From NCBI GenBank assembly GCA_964016885.1, contig CAXHJY010001046.1:1-43669 (forward strand): 43,669 bases of DNA, read 5' to 3'. Within the stretch, counting starts at the first letter, position 1. Each line of letters starts with the position of its first letter. A program made the translations under genes and the position numbers. The notes under the pieces are model-generated. The model was not told where the DNA came from, ran no database searches, and saw nothing but the letters and a program-made list of their open reading frames with translations. This document shows, piece by piece, positions 1-22,494 of this stretch. The stretch is from Eledone cirrhosa (taxonomy: Eukaryota).

Positions 1-224
1 ATGTGTGCGTATGTATATGTGTATATGTATTTTATATATGTATGTATGTATGTATGTGTGTATGTATGTGCGTGTACATGAATATATATTTGTATATATT
101 TATATAATTTTTTTTATATATGTGTGTGTGTTTTTATGTGTGTATTTGTGTTTATGTGTGTGTTTATGGTTGCGCGTAAGTGTCTGAGTGAGTATGTGTG
201 TTTTTTTGGGTTTTTTTTAGGTGT

Positions 225-260
<36 letters not shown>

Positions 261-888
261 TTTTTCTGGTCTTTTGGTTTTTTGGGGGTTTTTTTGTTTT
301 TGTTTTTTTGTGAATGTGTCTGTTGATTTGGCATATTGTTGATTAGTTTAAGAGAAGTTCGAAGATAATAGTAAGATATGCACTCAGTATTTTGAATCTG
401 TCTGCAGAATTCCCTAGACCTTTGTCACTTAGCAGAACTTAATGACTTTAGCTTTTAAAGAATCTCCCTTTTCTTTAATTCTATCGAGCATGAATGACCC
501 CCCACTGATTTTATAGACATCTGCTAGCTTAAGAGAAACTTATTGACAAGGAATGGTATGCCATCCGGAACTTGTTTATAGATTTCTGTCTGCCTTTGTT
601 ACTCTAAAAACATAAATAAATATAAATTAACTATAGCTATGTAGAATTAGCCTTTAATGAATTCCCCTCTCTATCAACCAATGACCTGCACCCATCCCAC
701 TCCCCACCCTCACCTGTAGAGACCTATAAATACCATATTTATTTTTTGATACCCAGATTCCTGATGATTTCTAATGAATGAAACAGTTCTAGTCCTGTAG
801 AATCTCTTCTATATTAAAACTATTATACTCTGCTATGTATTGAGTACCTTACTTACTGTGGTTACCTCCGATTCAACCCGGAATAACG
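1..888 (+). mobile_element. 3' portion (pLTR) of a Penelope-like element, cut by the window start
   Basis: TG/T-rich low-complexity tract, C-rich tract, TATAAATA (725-732), hammerhead at 755-805, then (TA)n. Same layout as the 3' ends of the ORF-bearing PLEs in this window; no ORF present. Confidence 0.6.
755..805 (+). ncRNA. Type I hammerhead ribozyme
   Basis: Stem I AGATTC/GAATCT; core CTGATGA (761-767); stem II TTC-taat-GAA; GAAA (780-783); stem III CAG-ttctagtc-CTG; cleavage triplet GTA. Confidence 0.88.
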
Positions 889-5270
<4,382 letters not shown>

Positions 5271-5677
5271 TACTCTTTTACTCTTTTACTCTTTTACCTG
5301 TTTCAGCCATCCGGCTGAGGCCATGCTGGGGCACCGCCCTTGCTGCTACACACTTTATCTCCAGCCTGTATAGGTTGCCACTGGTGTAGGAGGGAGTTTG
5401 TTGCTGCTGCCCTTAGGTTTCCCTCGTGTCTTGCTGTGGGCTCATCCGGGATCCTGGATAACAAGGTGTCGAGATGTTTCTTAAAGACATCCACCTCCAC
5501 GTCATGCAAGTCTCGCAGATGCCTCGGCAGCCTGTTGAAGAGTTGAGGGCCCTTGAATCCCAGGCTATTGCAATACCTGCTCCTTATTCTAGATGTGGAA
5601 GACGGGACCTTTGGCACCACACAGTGACGTCCTGTTCGACGGTTGGTCCAGCTCCCAATGCCAAAGTTTGGTGCTAG
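5271..5677 (-). mobile_element. 5'-truncated CR1/L2-group LINE 3' end (ORF2 C-terminus, 3' UTR, (GTAAAAGA)n tail) inserted in the microsatellite
   Basis: Minus-strand translation GPQLFNRLPRHLR...FKKHLDTLLSRIPDEP resembles a CR1-like ORF2 C-terminus; three copies of an 8-nt tail repeat at 5271-5297. Confidence 0.75.
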
Positions 5678-9063
<3,386 letters not shown>

Positions 9064-9127
9064 CAGTATTTTCCGTTGTGTTGTAATATAAATATTACAC
9101 ACAGTAGATTATCAGCTCACGTAGAGT

Positions 9128-9892
9128 TTGCTCGACGGTTCCAGTTGTAACCCCGAATACAATAGCTCCATTAGTACAAATTTACCAGTACTCTTCTTTA
9201 AAATAATTAAAAGACATTTTCCCACATCACACAAATACCACAAAATCCTAAACCCTACCACTATAAGACTGTCATACTCTACAGCGTTAAACCTTGAACA
9301 ACACATAAAAAAGATCAATACTAGAAGGTTAAACGAAAACACTAAGAACTTAAGTACAAAGAACCCCCAAAAAACAGTAGACAATACACTACAGAACATA
9401 AATAAACCACACCTAAGTTCGTCCGCAATACTACTCCAGAGAAAACCCAACGTACACAACTGTAACTGCACCTATCCTGACAACTGCCCCCTCGGCAATA
9501 ACTGCCTGGAAAAAAATATTATTTATAAGTGTACCATTAAATCCGGAGGCAACGAGTGGTATTACGTGGGATCAACGGCAACATCGTTTAAATCTCGATT
9601 GTATAGGCATTCTTACTCAATAAAACACCAGAGCCAAAGAAATGTAACAACTTTAGCAGAAAAAGCTTGGACGCTCAGGGATAGCAATCAAAAGTTTACC
9701 CTAAAATGGGAAAAATTAGCTAAAACCCAAAGCTTTTCCAAGAGCCAAAATTTCTGCAAATTGTGTAATCTTGAGATTTATTACATAATCACACACAAGA
9801 AGAAACTGCTGAATAACAGAATTGAACGAACATTATTCTGCCGTCACAGAACTAAAACCCTTTTTTCCCACTACAAGCAGAATATTACATAA
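9128..9892 (+). CDS. PLE polyprotein C-terminal part: linker + Cys-rich GIY-YIG endonuclease (5'-truncated; homology starts ~9149)
   Basis: [22 protein letters not shown]-x5-CP-x4-[35 protein letters not shown]; colinear with the 22494 ORF. Confidence 0.88.
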   Translation: MLDGSSCNPEYNSSISTNLPVLFFKIIKRHFPTSHKYHKILNPTTIRLSYSTALNLEQHIKKINTRRLNENTKNLSTKNPQKTVDNTLQNINKPHLSSSAILLQRKPNVHNCNCTYPDNCPLGNNCLEKNIIYKCTIKSGGNEWYYVGSTATSFKSRLYRHSYSIKHQSQRNVTTLAEKAWTLRDSNQKFTLKWEKLAKTQSFSKSQNFCKLCNLEIYYIITHKKKLLNNRIERTLFCRHRTKTLFSHYKQNIT

Positions 9893-10219
9893 AAGAGGGA
9901 CATCCCCCAACTATATAAACCTTAATCTAGTTAGAAAAATATAAAAACAATCTCTTCTCAACATATATTAATAACCTTAAATTACCATACTAATAATGAA
10001 AAGATATGCTGATGAGAATAGGTACAAATATGCGATAATGAATGTGTCTAAAAACGTCCATAAGTATGTATATATATGTGAAAATGTATATAAATAAGTA
10101 AATATATATATATGTTTGATGTGTATAGTTAGATGTAAGTGTATTCATGTATTACAGTGCTTATATATATATATATGTGTGTGTGTATATGTATATATGT
10201 GTATATATGTATATGTATG

Positions 10220-10275
<56 letters not shown>

Positions 10276-10844
10276 TATGTGTGTATGTATGTATGTGTAT
10301 ATGGATGTGTATGTATGTGTATGTGTGTACACATGGACTAGAGTATGTATGTATATATGTGTGTGTCTATACGTGTGTATATATAAAGATAAGTTGAGTA
10401 TGAAAATGTATACACATGAGCGCGTATGTATGTACATGAATACATGTGTGTATATATATGTGTATGCATGTGTATATATATGTAAGTATGAATATGTGAA
10501 TTGTGAGTATATGTATTTTGTAGAGGTGTGCAAATATATTTGTGTGTGAATGCGTGGGTGAAAGAATACGTACACTTGAAAGAAAAATTTAAGTCTGAAT
10601 GTTAAGTGCAAACACAAAACCAACCACGCATATCTTTACTATCTCTAATCCTTCTATAGATTTAGAAAAATAACCAATAATATATTCTATAAAAAATGTC
10701 AAAACAACAGATGGGAATCTAATTACTCACTGCCACCAAGAATTCTCACTGCTATCGAAAAACCACTCCTTCAACTATTCTTCTAACAACTTCACCCCTC
10801 CCTCCTAATATTCTCTATAAAAACTAAATAGGTCCTCAGTAATA

Positions 10845-10961
10845 TTATTCTGATGAAATGACAGTAAATAATAACATTGAAATATTGAATGTCTGCATAA
10901 CTAAAAGTTTGTAGATAGCTGTTTTAGGTTATGTAACTGTTATAGAAACACGTGTCAATAA
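10845..10961 (+). ncRNA. Type I hammerhead ribozyme with extended, branched stem II
   Basis: Stem I TTATT/AATAA; CTGATGA (10850-10856); stem II ATGACAGT/ACTGTTAT enclosing ~70 nt; GAAA (10945-10948); palindromic stem III CACGTG; GTC cleavage triplet. Confidence 0.8.
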
Positions 10962-10998
10962 ATTCCTTTCAACTAAACTGTATCCATTCAAATCTTTC

Positions 10999-11885
<887 letters not shown>

Positions 11886-12490
11886 GGTGGCTGCCAACTC
11901 GTTTTCGAGTACGGCCACTACTTTATATCCATGTAGGAGAACCCCTACCGATGCGCTGAACAAGTGTGACTTTTTAGTCCAGCCAGCGACTTGAAAACTC
12001 TGGTACAAACACTACACTTGTGACAATTATTGACACAGTGCTGGGCCCATGGTACCATGTGACGACAAGTGCAGAGAGATCTCCAGATATAAAGCAATGC
12101 CTGTGCCGTGAAGCTTTTATAGTGAGCAAAGGCACTGCACAAAGCCAGTCCCACTCTCTTAACCAAGATGATATTTACCAAAAAGAAGAACAAGTCAACA
12201 TCATTGGATACCATCAGGGTTGCAGGTGTTATATCACAGTTTTCCTTCTCCTAGAATTCTGCCTTGACAAAGGCTAAGGGGTCATCTCTCCCGGTGATTT
12301 TGAATGGTCATTGACTCTTAAGAGCTCCTTTGCCCTTTGACAGGTTTTGTTTTTAGTCCTGCAGGATGTCCAAAGTCACCCTCCTCACCAAGAAACCTTG
12401 GTGGGGTTGCCAGTTTAGTCGCCAACGACCCGACCATGGGACAGGTTGTACTGGGATACATGTTACCAGTAGCACCAACTGGTGACCTGA
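11886..12490 (-). mobile_element. Short RTE-like LINE derivative (C-terminal zinc finger + 3' UTR, probably internally deleted)
   Basis: Minus-strand [19 protein letters not shown]2H2-like motif typical of RTE ORF ends; short 3' UTR running into (TA)n; higher-GC island with sharp microsatellite borders. Confidence 0.55.
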
Positions 12491-13776
12491 CACATATATA
12501 CATATATATATATACACACATATATACACACACATGTATATATATATACATATATGTATATATACATATATGTATATATACATACATATATATATATAGA
12601 TATATATACATATATATACATACATATATATACATATATGAATTATAAGAATCAAAGAACTGTTCAAAACATTTTTATGCTTACAACTGTTTCCTCCAAA
12701 CCAAGGTTTGGATTCTTCGGAGCAATTTATTATTGAATGAACACTTATATGACCTCCTTTTCAACCCAAGAGACATACAGATACATATGCAAACATTGTG
12801 GGTCAGTTCTTTGATTCTTACAATTCATATAACTGCTCTGTAAATCATCTGATGTTATTACATTGAGCTATTTAACTTACTGGTAATAAGGTAGTAATAT
12901 ATTACTGCCTATCACTATTTAGGGTTTGTAAAAATATATATAACTACAAAAGGTTTTTGTATTTGTATAACCATAAATAGTATACTTAATACTATATACA
13001 TATATATATGTCAACGAGAGAAGATGGCCATATTCCAAATATTCTTTTAAAGTTGAAAAATCATGATACGTATATCTATGGCCAACCTGACCGCACCATC
13101 AGATGATTATGTAAAACATGTGACAATCTCTTTAGGTGTAAGTCACATAAAAGATTTAAAGTTTAAGTAACCAATTACTAGATTACAACAAAACATAAAG
13201 AACTGATATGGCGGTGGTAGATCGTTCAATGACCTCAAGCGACCTCAGTCACATATCAGCTCCGTTTCTTATTATTAATTATTAGTATAAATAATATATT
13301 TAATTATATATATATAATCTAAAATAAAGATTCCATTGATTTTTGTCGTGTAATTGTGCAGTTATATTTCTGCAGTGTAAGTAATTATACACATATTATT
13401 TATGTTATTTGCGTTTCTCCACCAACTCCCTTATAAAAAGCTATGAGTTTGCTCGACAATAAAAATTAAAATGTATTTCTGTTATTTATACAAAACAATT
13501 ATAGTTGTAATCATAGGATTTTTACATCTCTCATGATTGGTTGCTTTTTGTATTCATGCAGAAGTTTTTACATAAGAAACCAAGACTCAACAAAGTAATC
13601 AAAATATAGAAATATTTATATTATCCAAAGATATAAGTGAAAATAGATATTCTGTTAATTTCATGTGACTATGTAAAAGTGATGAAGTGACTACAGAGAT
13701 CCTCTATGTGATTGCATAACTGCTAAAAACATCTGCCACATCTTCCTTAAATCGCATCTTATTTTCTTATAAAATA

Positions 13777-14180
13777 TATAGCTTACATATATATATTTCT
13801 TTAGATATATTGAGCCTACAAATATATTTGTTTGGACATATATATCTAGATTTATTGAGCTTACATAAATATTTCCTTGGACATATATATATCAAGATAT
13901 TAAGTCTAACGAAACATATCTAGATACACTGAGCCTACATATATATTTCTGTAGACTATATATCTAGATATATTGAGCTGACACATATATTTCTTTGAAC
14001 ATAAGTATCAAGATATGTTGAGCTTACATATGCATACCATCAGAGTTAAGTATCTAGATCTGTTCAACTTACACATGCATACCATCAGAGTTAAGTATCA
14101 AGATCTGATCAGCTTTACATATGCATACCATCAGAGTTAAGTATCAAGATCTGATCAGCTTTACATATGCATACCATCAA
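13777..14180 (+). repeat. Degenerate ~43-46 bp tandem repeat
   Basis: ATGCATACCATCA recurs at 14030, 14075, 14121, 14167; upstream degenerate units share TATCTAGAT..TGAGCyTACA. Confidence 0.85.
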
Positions 14181-14656
14181 CATTTTCACTTTTAATGTGG
14201 CTGGACTGCACTAAACTTATTGATTTCTCAGTGCTGAAAGTTATTTTAATCAGTCTATCAATATCCCAAAAGCAAGAACATAGGATTGATTGTTGTAAAT
14301 TTAATTATGCCTTGCCCTATTGGTCTTCTACTTTAAGTAGGTTCATTGACTGAGTCAACCATCAATAGTGTATCTTCTCTATTCTTTAACTTAGGTAATT
14401 TCTCATGTCAACTGCAGATACTTCTCTTATAACAGTAAGTAGTAACATAACTTTCGTTTTCTTGTTCTTTGGTTTAATGGTATCTTCTTTTGAGACTGTA
14501 ACTGGTTAGTCAGTACAGCTGCAGCTGTAGTAGTTTATAGAGTTTGCTGAGAATGGCTATAATAATTCACAATCTAGTTCACTATCTTAGCAGATTAATA
14601 AGAAGAGTTATTGGTAGATTCTACACTAAAGGTTTCCAAACTGTGTCATGATATTT

Positions 14657-15243
14657 TAGTAAGTCACAATCTCTAAGTTGTGTCACATTAGTGAGTCACA
14701 ATCTCTAAGTTGTGTCACTTTAGTAAGTCACAATTTCTAAGTTGTGTCACACCAGTGAGTCACAATCTCTAAGTTGTGTCACTTTAGTAAGTCACAATCT
14801 CTAAGTTGTGTCACATTAGTGAGTCACAATCTCTAAGTTGTGTCACTTTAGTGAGTCACAATCTCTAAATTGTGTCACACCAGTGAGTCACAATCTCTAA
14901 GTTGTGTCACATTAGTGATTCACAATCTCTAAGCTGTGTCACATCAGTGAGTCACAATCTCTAAGTTGTGTCACTCTAGTAAGTCACAATCTCTAAGTTG
15001 TGTCACATCAGTGAGTCACAATCTCTAAGTTGTGTCACTTTAGTAAGTCACAATCTCTAAGTTGTGTCACATTAGTGAGTCACAATCTCTAAGTTGTGTC
15101 ACTTTAGTAAGTCACAATCTCTAAGTTGTGTCACATTAGTGAGTCACAATCTCTAAGTTGTGTCACATTAGTGAGTCCCAATCTCTAAGTTGTGTCACAT
15201 TAGTGAGTCACAATCTCTAAGTTGTGTCGCTTTAGTATGTCAC
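14657..15243 (+). repeat. 32-bp minisatellite, ~18 copies (AGTGAGTCACAATCTCTAAGTTGTGTCACATT)
   Basis: 32-bp period (GTCAC at 14663, 14695, ...); internal dyad CACAA/TTGTG and GTGA/TCAC. Confidence 0.97.
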
Positions 15244-15562
15244 ATTAGTTTGTCACTGACAATCTCTGAGTGAGTTGTGACACTCTCATGTTGGTGTCAT
15301 GAGAAAATATACCCAGAATCCTCTGTAAAGTGCCAGTGCCAGTATAATATATATATACACACATATACACATATATGTGTGTGTGCGTGTATGTAAGTGT
15401 ACGTGTGTATGTACGTACAAATAAACACACACACACACAGGCATACATGTGTACACCCATATATATATATATACATACACACATACATGTATTGCATATA
15501 TATACATGTGTGTGTGTTGGTGTGTCTGCCTGTGCAGTTGAGCATGTTTGTATGCATGTGTA

Positions 15563-15597
<35 letters not shown>

Positions 15598-15720
15598 ATG
15601 TGTGTGGGTATTGGTGTATTTTCCCGAATGTAGAACTCAGCAGGTAAAGTGAATTAAGAACAAATTTGAAAAGGTGCAAATTAGGATTTTGAATGGAAAA
15701 AAAAAGATATAAAACTGGAG

Positions 15721-16000
15721 ATCAATAACAACAACTATAACACCAATAACAACAACAACAGCATCAATAACAACAATAACAACAACAACTATAACACCAA
15801 TAACAACAACAACAGCATCAATAACAACAGCATCAATAACAACACCACCAATAACATCAACCTCAATAACAATAACAGCAGCAGCAATAACAACAATAAC
15901 AATAACAACAACATCAATAACAACAACAACAAAAATAATAACAAGACCAATACCAACAACAACTACAACACCAATAACAACAACAATAACAACAACAATA
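15721..16000 (+). repeat. (AAC/AAT/AGC)n trinucleotide repeat
   Basis: Directly visible. Confidence 0.95.
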
Positions 16001-16109
16001 TACTATGTTAGCCACCCCCTCCTCCATTACCTAGTTGTAGCTAGTAAAAAGCTCCTTTACTGTAAAAAGTAACAACAACAGCATAAACTAACAAAACTGG
16101 TTTCTTGCA

Positions 16110-18715
<2,606 letters not shown>

Positions 18716-19551
18716 ATACTTCCAATGTCTTAAATAAAATATACGTAAGATAAATTTCTATACTAAATATAAGGATATCTGTAGAATCCTTGGTTTTTTC
18801 TTAAATTTTTTTTAAATGTTTAAAAAATTTAAAAAAATTTTTTAATTTTTAAATTTTTAAAACTTTTTAGAATGTTTAAATTTTTAAATTATATTGATAT
18901 AATATTCATTTAACTTCTTTTATTTTTAATTTTTATTTTTATTTTTATTTTTATTTTTATTTTTATTTTTTATTTTTTATTTTTATTAGGTTTGTTTTGA
19001 TTCTGATAGCTTCTCATAATTTTCGTAAGTCTACCCTTTCAATATCTTGATTAAAATATACGTAGGATAAATTTCTATACTAAATATATGAAACATATTA
19101 TTTTAACTTAAGATACTCTATAGTGTTTTTAAAGAGATTTAATGTTTTGATATCTCTAGAATTCGTTTGTCCTTTAGACTATACTGATATAATTGTATTT
19201 CCAAAATATAATCCTTTGGTATTTTAAATTTATATTGTTATAATTATATTTCCAAAGTATAATCCTTTAGTAATATATTGATATTTGATTATCTCTATAC
19301 AGATGTGTATGTGTGTATTAACATGCATATAAAAGTGTTATAGGTTTTTTTTATGATTGTATATCTGTCTGTATGTGTACATGAGCGATGCGGGTCTAAC
19401 AATTGGTGAAAACGCATGCAAATATTTATTTATACATATGTATATGTATGTATATATATATATATGTGTATGTGTATTTGTGTGGGTGAGAGTTATGTGT
19501 GCCGACGCAGTTTTGATTGCAGATATGCATAATTTTAACAAAATGTTAAAT

Positions 19552-19627
19552 GCATGAATGGTAATCGTATATATGAAGGCATGAATGGTAATCGTATATA
19601 TGAAGGCATGGATGTTAATCGTATATA
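19552..19627 (+). repeat. 27-bp tandem repeat, ~3 copies
   Basis: GCATGAATGGTAATCGTATATATGAAG at 19552, 19579 and a variant at 19606. Confidence 0.9.
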
Positions 19628-19751
19628 TTTATGTATATATACTGTGAACTTTCTATAACACAAAGAATGTATAGCAGTGATTAAGAGAAATCATTTGCAT
19701 TTTGTATGTCTATATTGTAGACCTGAGTAGACATAATTTCTATTCTCAGGA

Positions 19752-19798
<47 letters not shown>

Positions 19799-20382
19799 CT
19801 ATCTTTGCCGTAAGATAGTGGTTTCTCAAATTTTAGTATATTGATCTCAAGTTTTAAACTAAACATATAATCATTATTAAACACTGTTTAATTTCTCATA
19901 TTATATATTTATGTCCCATTCATGAATATTAATATTTATATTTTTATTATTCATTTCATATAAATTGTTAACTCAACTTAATATGACATGACGTAAAGTT
20001 TTCATTATCTCCCCCTCTCTCTATATATTATTTCTCTCTCTTGAGTTTTTCTATCTGTCTGATGACTTGATATCTCTCTGTTGCTTTCCTCTGTTTTTCT
20101 TATTTCTTCCTTTTATCTCTTTTCTTTCTTTCCTCCTGTCTTTATCTATCTCTCTCTTTTTTCTCCGTGCATTTCTCTCTCTCCGATATTTCTCCACGTT
20201 TTTATTCTTTTTCTTTTTTCTCTCTCCGTTTTTTTTCTTTCTCTCCGTCTTTTTCTAATTGTCCTTAACACTAACACTTATTAAAATAATATCAACAATT
20301 CACTATCCAGATGGCTTCCAAAAATAATGGTTGCATTTTAAAAGGGTACGTCAAAGCTTATTTGTAAAACTGTTATATATTG

Positions 20383-20447
20383 TATTTTGTCTGATGAAGG
20401 CATACCATGATTTAATTTGGTATCCCTGAAATATGTATAATGAAATA
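20383..20447 (+). ncRNA. Type I hammerhead ribozyme
   Basis: Stem I TATTTTGT/ATGAAATA; CTGATGA (20391); stem II AGGcATACCA/TGGTATcCCT; GAAA (20428); stem III TATGTA; TA. Confidence 0.85.
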
Positions 20448-20507
20448 AATATGGTTTTATAAATATAATTTCCATTTATTAATATCGTATATATATATAT
20501 ATATATT

Positions 20508-20677
<170 letters not shown>

Positions 20678-20782
20678 CCAATACTCATCTTTTCCATTTC
20701 TCCGAGGGTTCTTAACCCCATTATCAGGCTAAATAATTTCTTTAATTTCTTTAGTCAAGATACGGCGATAGCTAACATTTCT

Positions 20783-20811
<29 letters not shown>

Positions 20812-20824
<13 letters not shown>

Positions 20825-21145
20825 AAAAAAAGATGAAATCTAAAATGCAACTGGAGTATTATTTTTTAAAATATATATATATTTATTTGGTTTCTTTACC
20901 TATATTTTTGAATAAACATATTTTCCTTATTTAGTCGTATTTGTTCTGTTGTATTATCAGCGCAAAGATAAAGTGGATAGACTTGGAATTTGGGTGTCTT
21001 ATCGTTTGCGCATATGCCTAGATGTGCACTGAGTGGTATTTGTCTTGTGGTAGGGTCTCGTAATTGTTGGCGATGAATTGTCATTTTGTTTCTGAGTGTG
21101 AGTTTTGTTTACTCTACATAATATTCATTACATCCTTTACATTTA
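20812..21145 (-). pseudogene. Fragment of a second-type PLE GIY-YIG endonuclease joined to a pLTR 3' tip
   Basis: Minus frame KCKGCNEYYVE*TKLTLRNKMTIHRQQLRDP..LSAHL..RLNKENMFIQKY (CxxC-YVG-like, HxxQ, E..FI); 20812-20900 matches 29833-29920 in reverse orientation. Confidence 0.7.
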
Positions 21146-21638
21146 TAGTATTATTATACATATGTATACACATATTTATACATATGTATAAATACGTGAA
21201 ATCCTAGATGTGGGCTTTAGAAACTCTGTTGTCCCAAACGAAATGCATGTGACTCATAACGATATAACGACCTAGTAAAATGCTAAGATTGTAACAAAGT
21301 TATGTTTTTATACATGTCAAAGTCCACCTCAACGGCCAATGACCCTGGAGTTCTATGTCCTTCGTTTGTATTAATATTTTTGAAAAATAATGTTTAATGG
21401 TTTCGCGTTAAGAAATTGGTTCCTTTGTTATTTTTCTCAACTTATGTATAAATGAAAATAGAGGTCATTTCTATATGAAATATATCATATACATGTAAAT
21501 AATTCCAATTTTATTTTTATATCTCTCCTTAATCTCTCATTAATCATTGAATACTTTTTTCGGTGGTCTGTTTCCATTTTTACTCGTAAAACCAGTTATA
21601 ACCACATAACCACACACACACATATATATATATATATA

Positions 21639-22121
21639 TACAATATTAAATAAATGGAAAACTATATTTATAAAACCATATTTATTTCATTATATATATT
21701 TCGGGGATATCATATTAACAATATGCTATGCCTTCATCAGACAAAATACAATATAAACAGTTTTATAGATAAATATATTCGACATACCGTAATAAACATC
21801 AACTTCATTTGAAGAGGTTTACTCTAGCAGTGAAAATACAGAGAGAAAGAAAGAGAGAGAGAAAAGAGGGAAATAAGAAAGAAAGAAAGACAAAACGAAG
21901 AAAAGGAAGAAAAAGAAGAAAAAGAAAAAGAAGAAATGCATGGGACAAAATAGAGAGATGGAAAAATAGATAATGCGAAGAGCTTCATGTAAAGAGACAG
22001 AAAGATATATATATATATATAGAGAGAGAGAGAGGAAATAGAGATAGATACATATATAAATATAGATATAGAAAAATTAGGTAGTGGGAGGTCATTTTGA
22101 GTAAGTGTATCAATGATGCAT

Positions 22122-22160
<39 letters not shown>

Positions 22161-22494
22161 GCTCAAGTATTAATGTAAGGGAGATATATAGAGAGATATA
22201 GAGAGATATAGAGAGAGAAAAAATTTAAAAATAGCCAGACATATTCGAGGCGTAGAAAACCCTATGTTTTAATGTATTAGTATTTATAAAACTTACACTA
22301 TATTGTAAATATCAGTATTCCTGGATGAAACAAGTATTCACAATGCGTGAAAATTCATTATCTTATGTTTAGTTTTTTAAAAAATTCATATGTCTATGTG
22401 AATCCAACTGATTCACTCCGCAAATTCAAAGTTACCGGAAAACATTCTTAATGTGGTATAAAAATTTGAGCGTATTATTATTCTTGCGATTACT
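21639..22494 (-). repeat. Inverted pLTR (left arm)
   Basis: Near-identical reverse complement of 24826-25677, with a few mismatches visible by eye. Confidence 0.95.
21683..21748 (-). ncRNA. Type I hammerhead ribozyme (inverted pLTR copy)
   Basis: Reverse complement of 25568-25633. Confidence 0.82.

Larger units (their letters stand above)
9064..10998 (+). mobile_element. 5'-truncated Penelope-like element (Naiad-like GIY-YIG type)
   Basis: GIY-YIG ORF, TG/TA-rich 3' UTR, TATA-like motif, hammerhead, flanked by (TA)n on both sides. Confidence 0.88.
18716..20487 (+). mobile_element. ORF-less 3' UTR/pLTR of a PLE related to the 21.6-25.8 kb element
   Basis: (TTTTTA)n, CT-rich tract, and a terminal ~120 bp (TAAAACTGTT..TATTGTATTTTGTCTGATGAAGGCATA..ATAATGAAATAAATATGGTTTTATAAATATA) closely similar to 25550-25675; left boundary uncertain. 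Confidence 0.7.

Noticed and set aside
100-320. Almost C-free G/T-rich tract with long poly(T)
   Set aside because: Low complexity at the window edge; may be low-quality consensus; no structure beyond composition.
10009-10060. CTGATGA downstream of the 9128 ORF as a possible hammerhead
   Set aside because: No stem II, GAAA or stem I partner found.
14657-15243. CRISPR-like array of palindromic ~30-bp repeats
   Set aside because: Units are contiguous with no unique spacers, there are no cas genes, and the context is eukaryotic.
15721-16000. Poly-Gln/Asn/Thr coding tract
   Set aside because: Simple trinucleotide repeat with stops and no flanking coding context.
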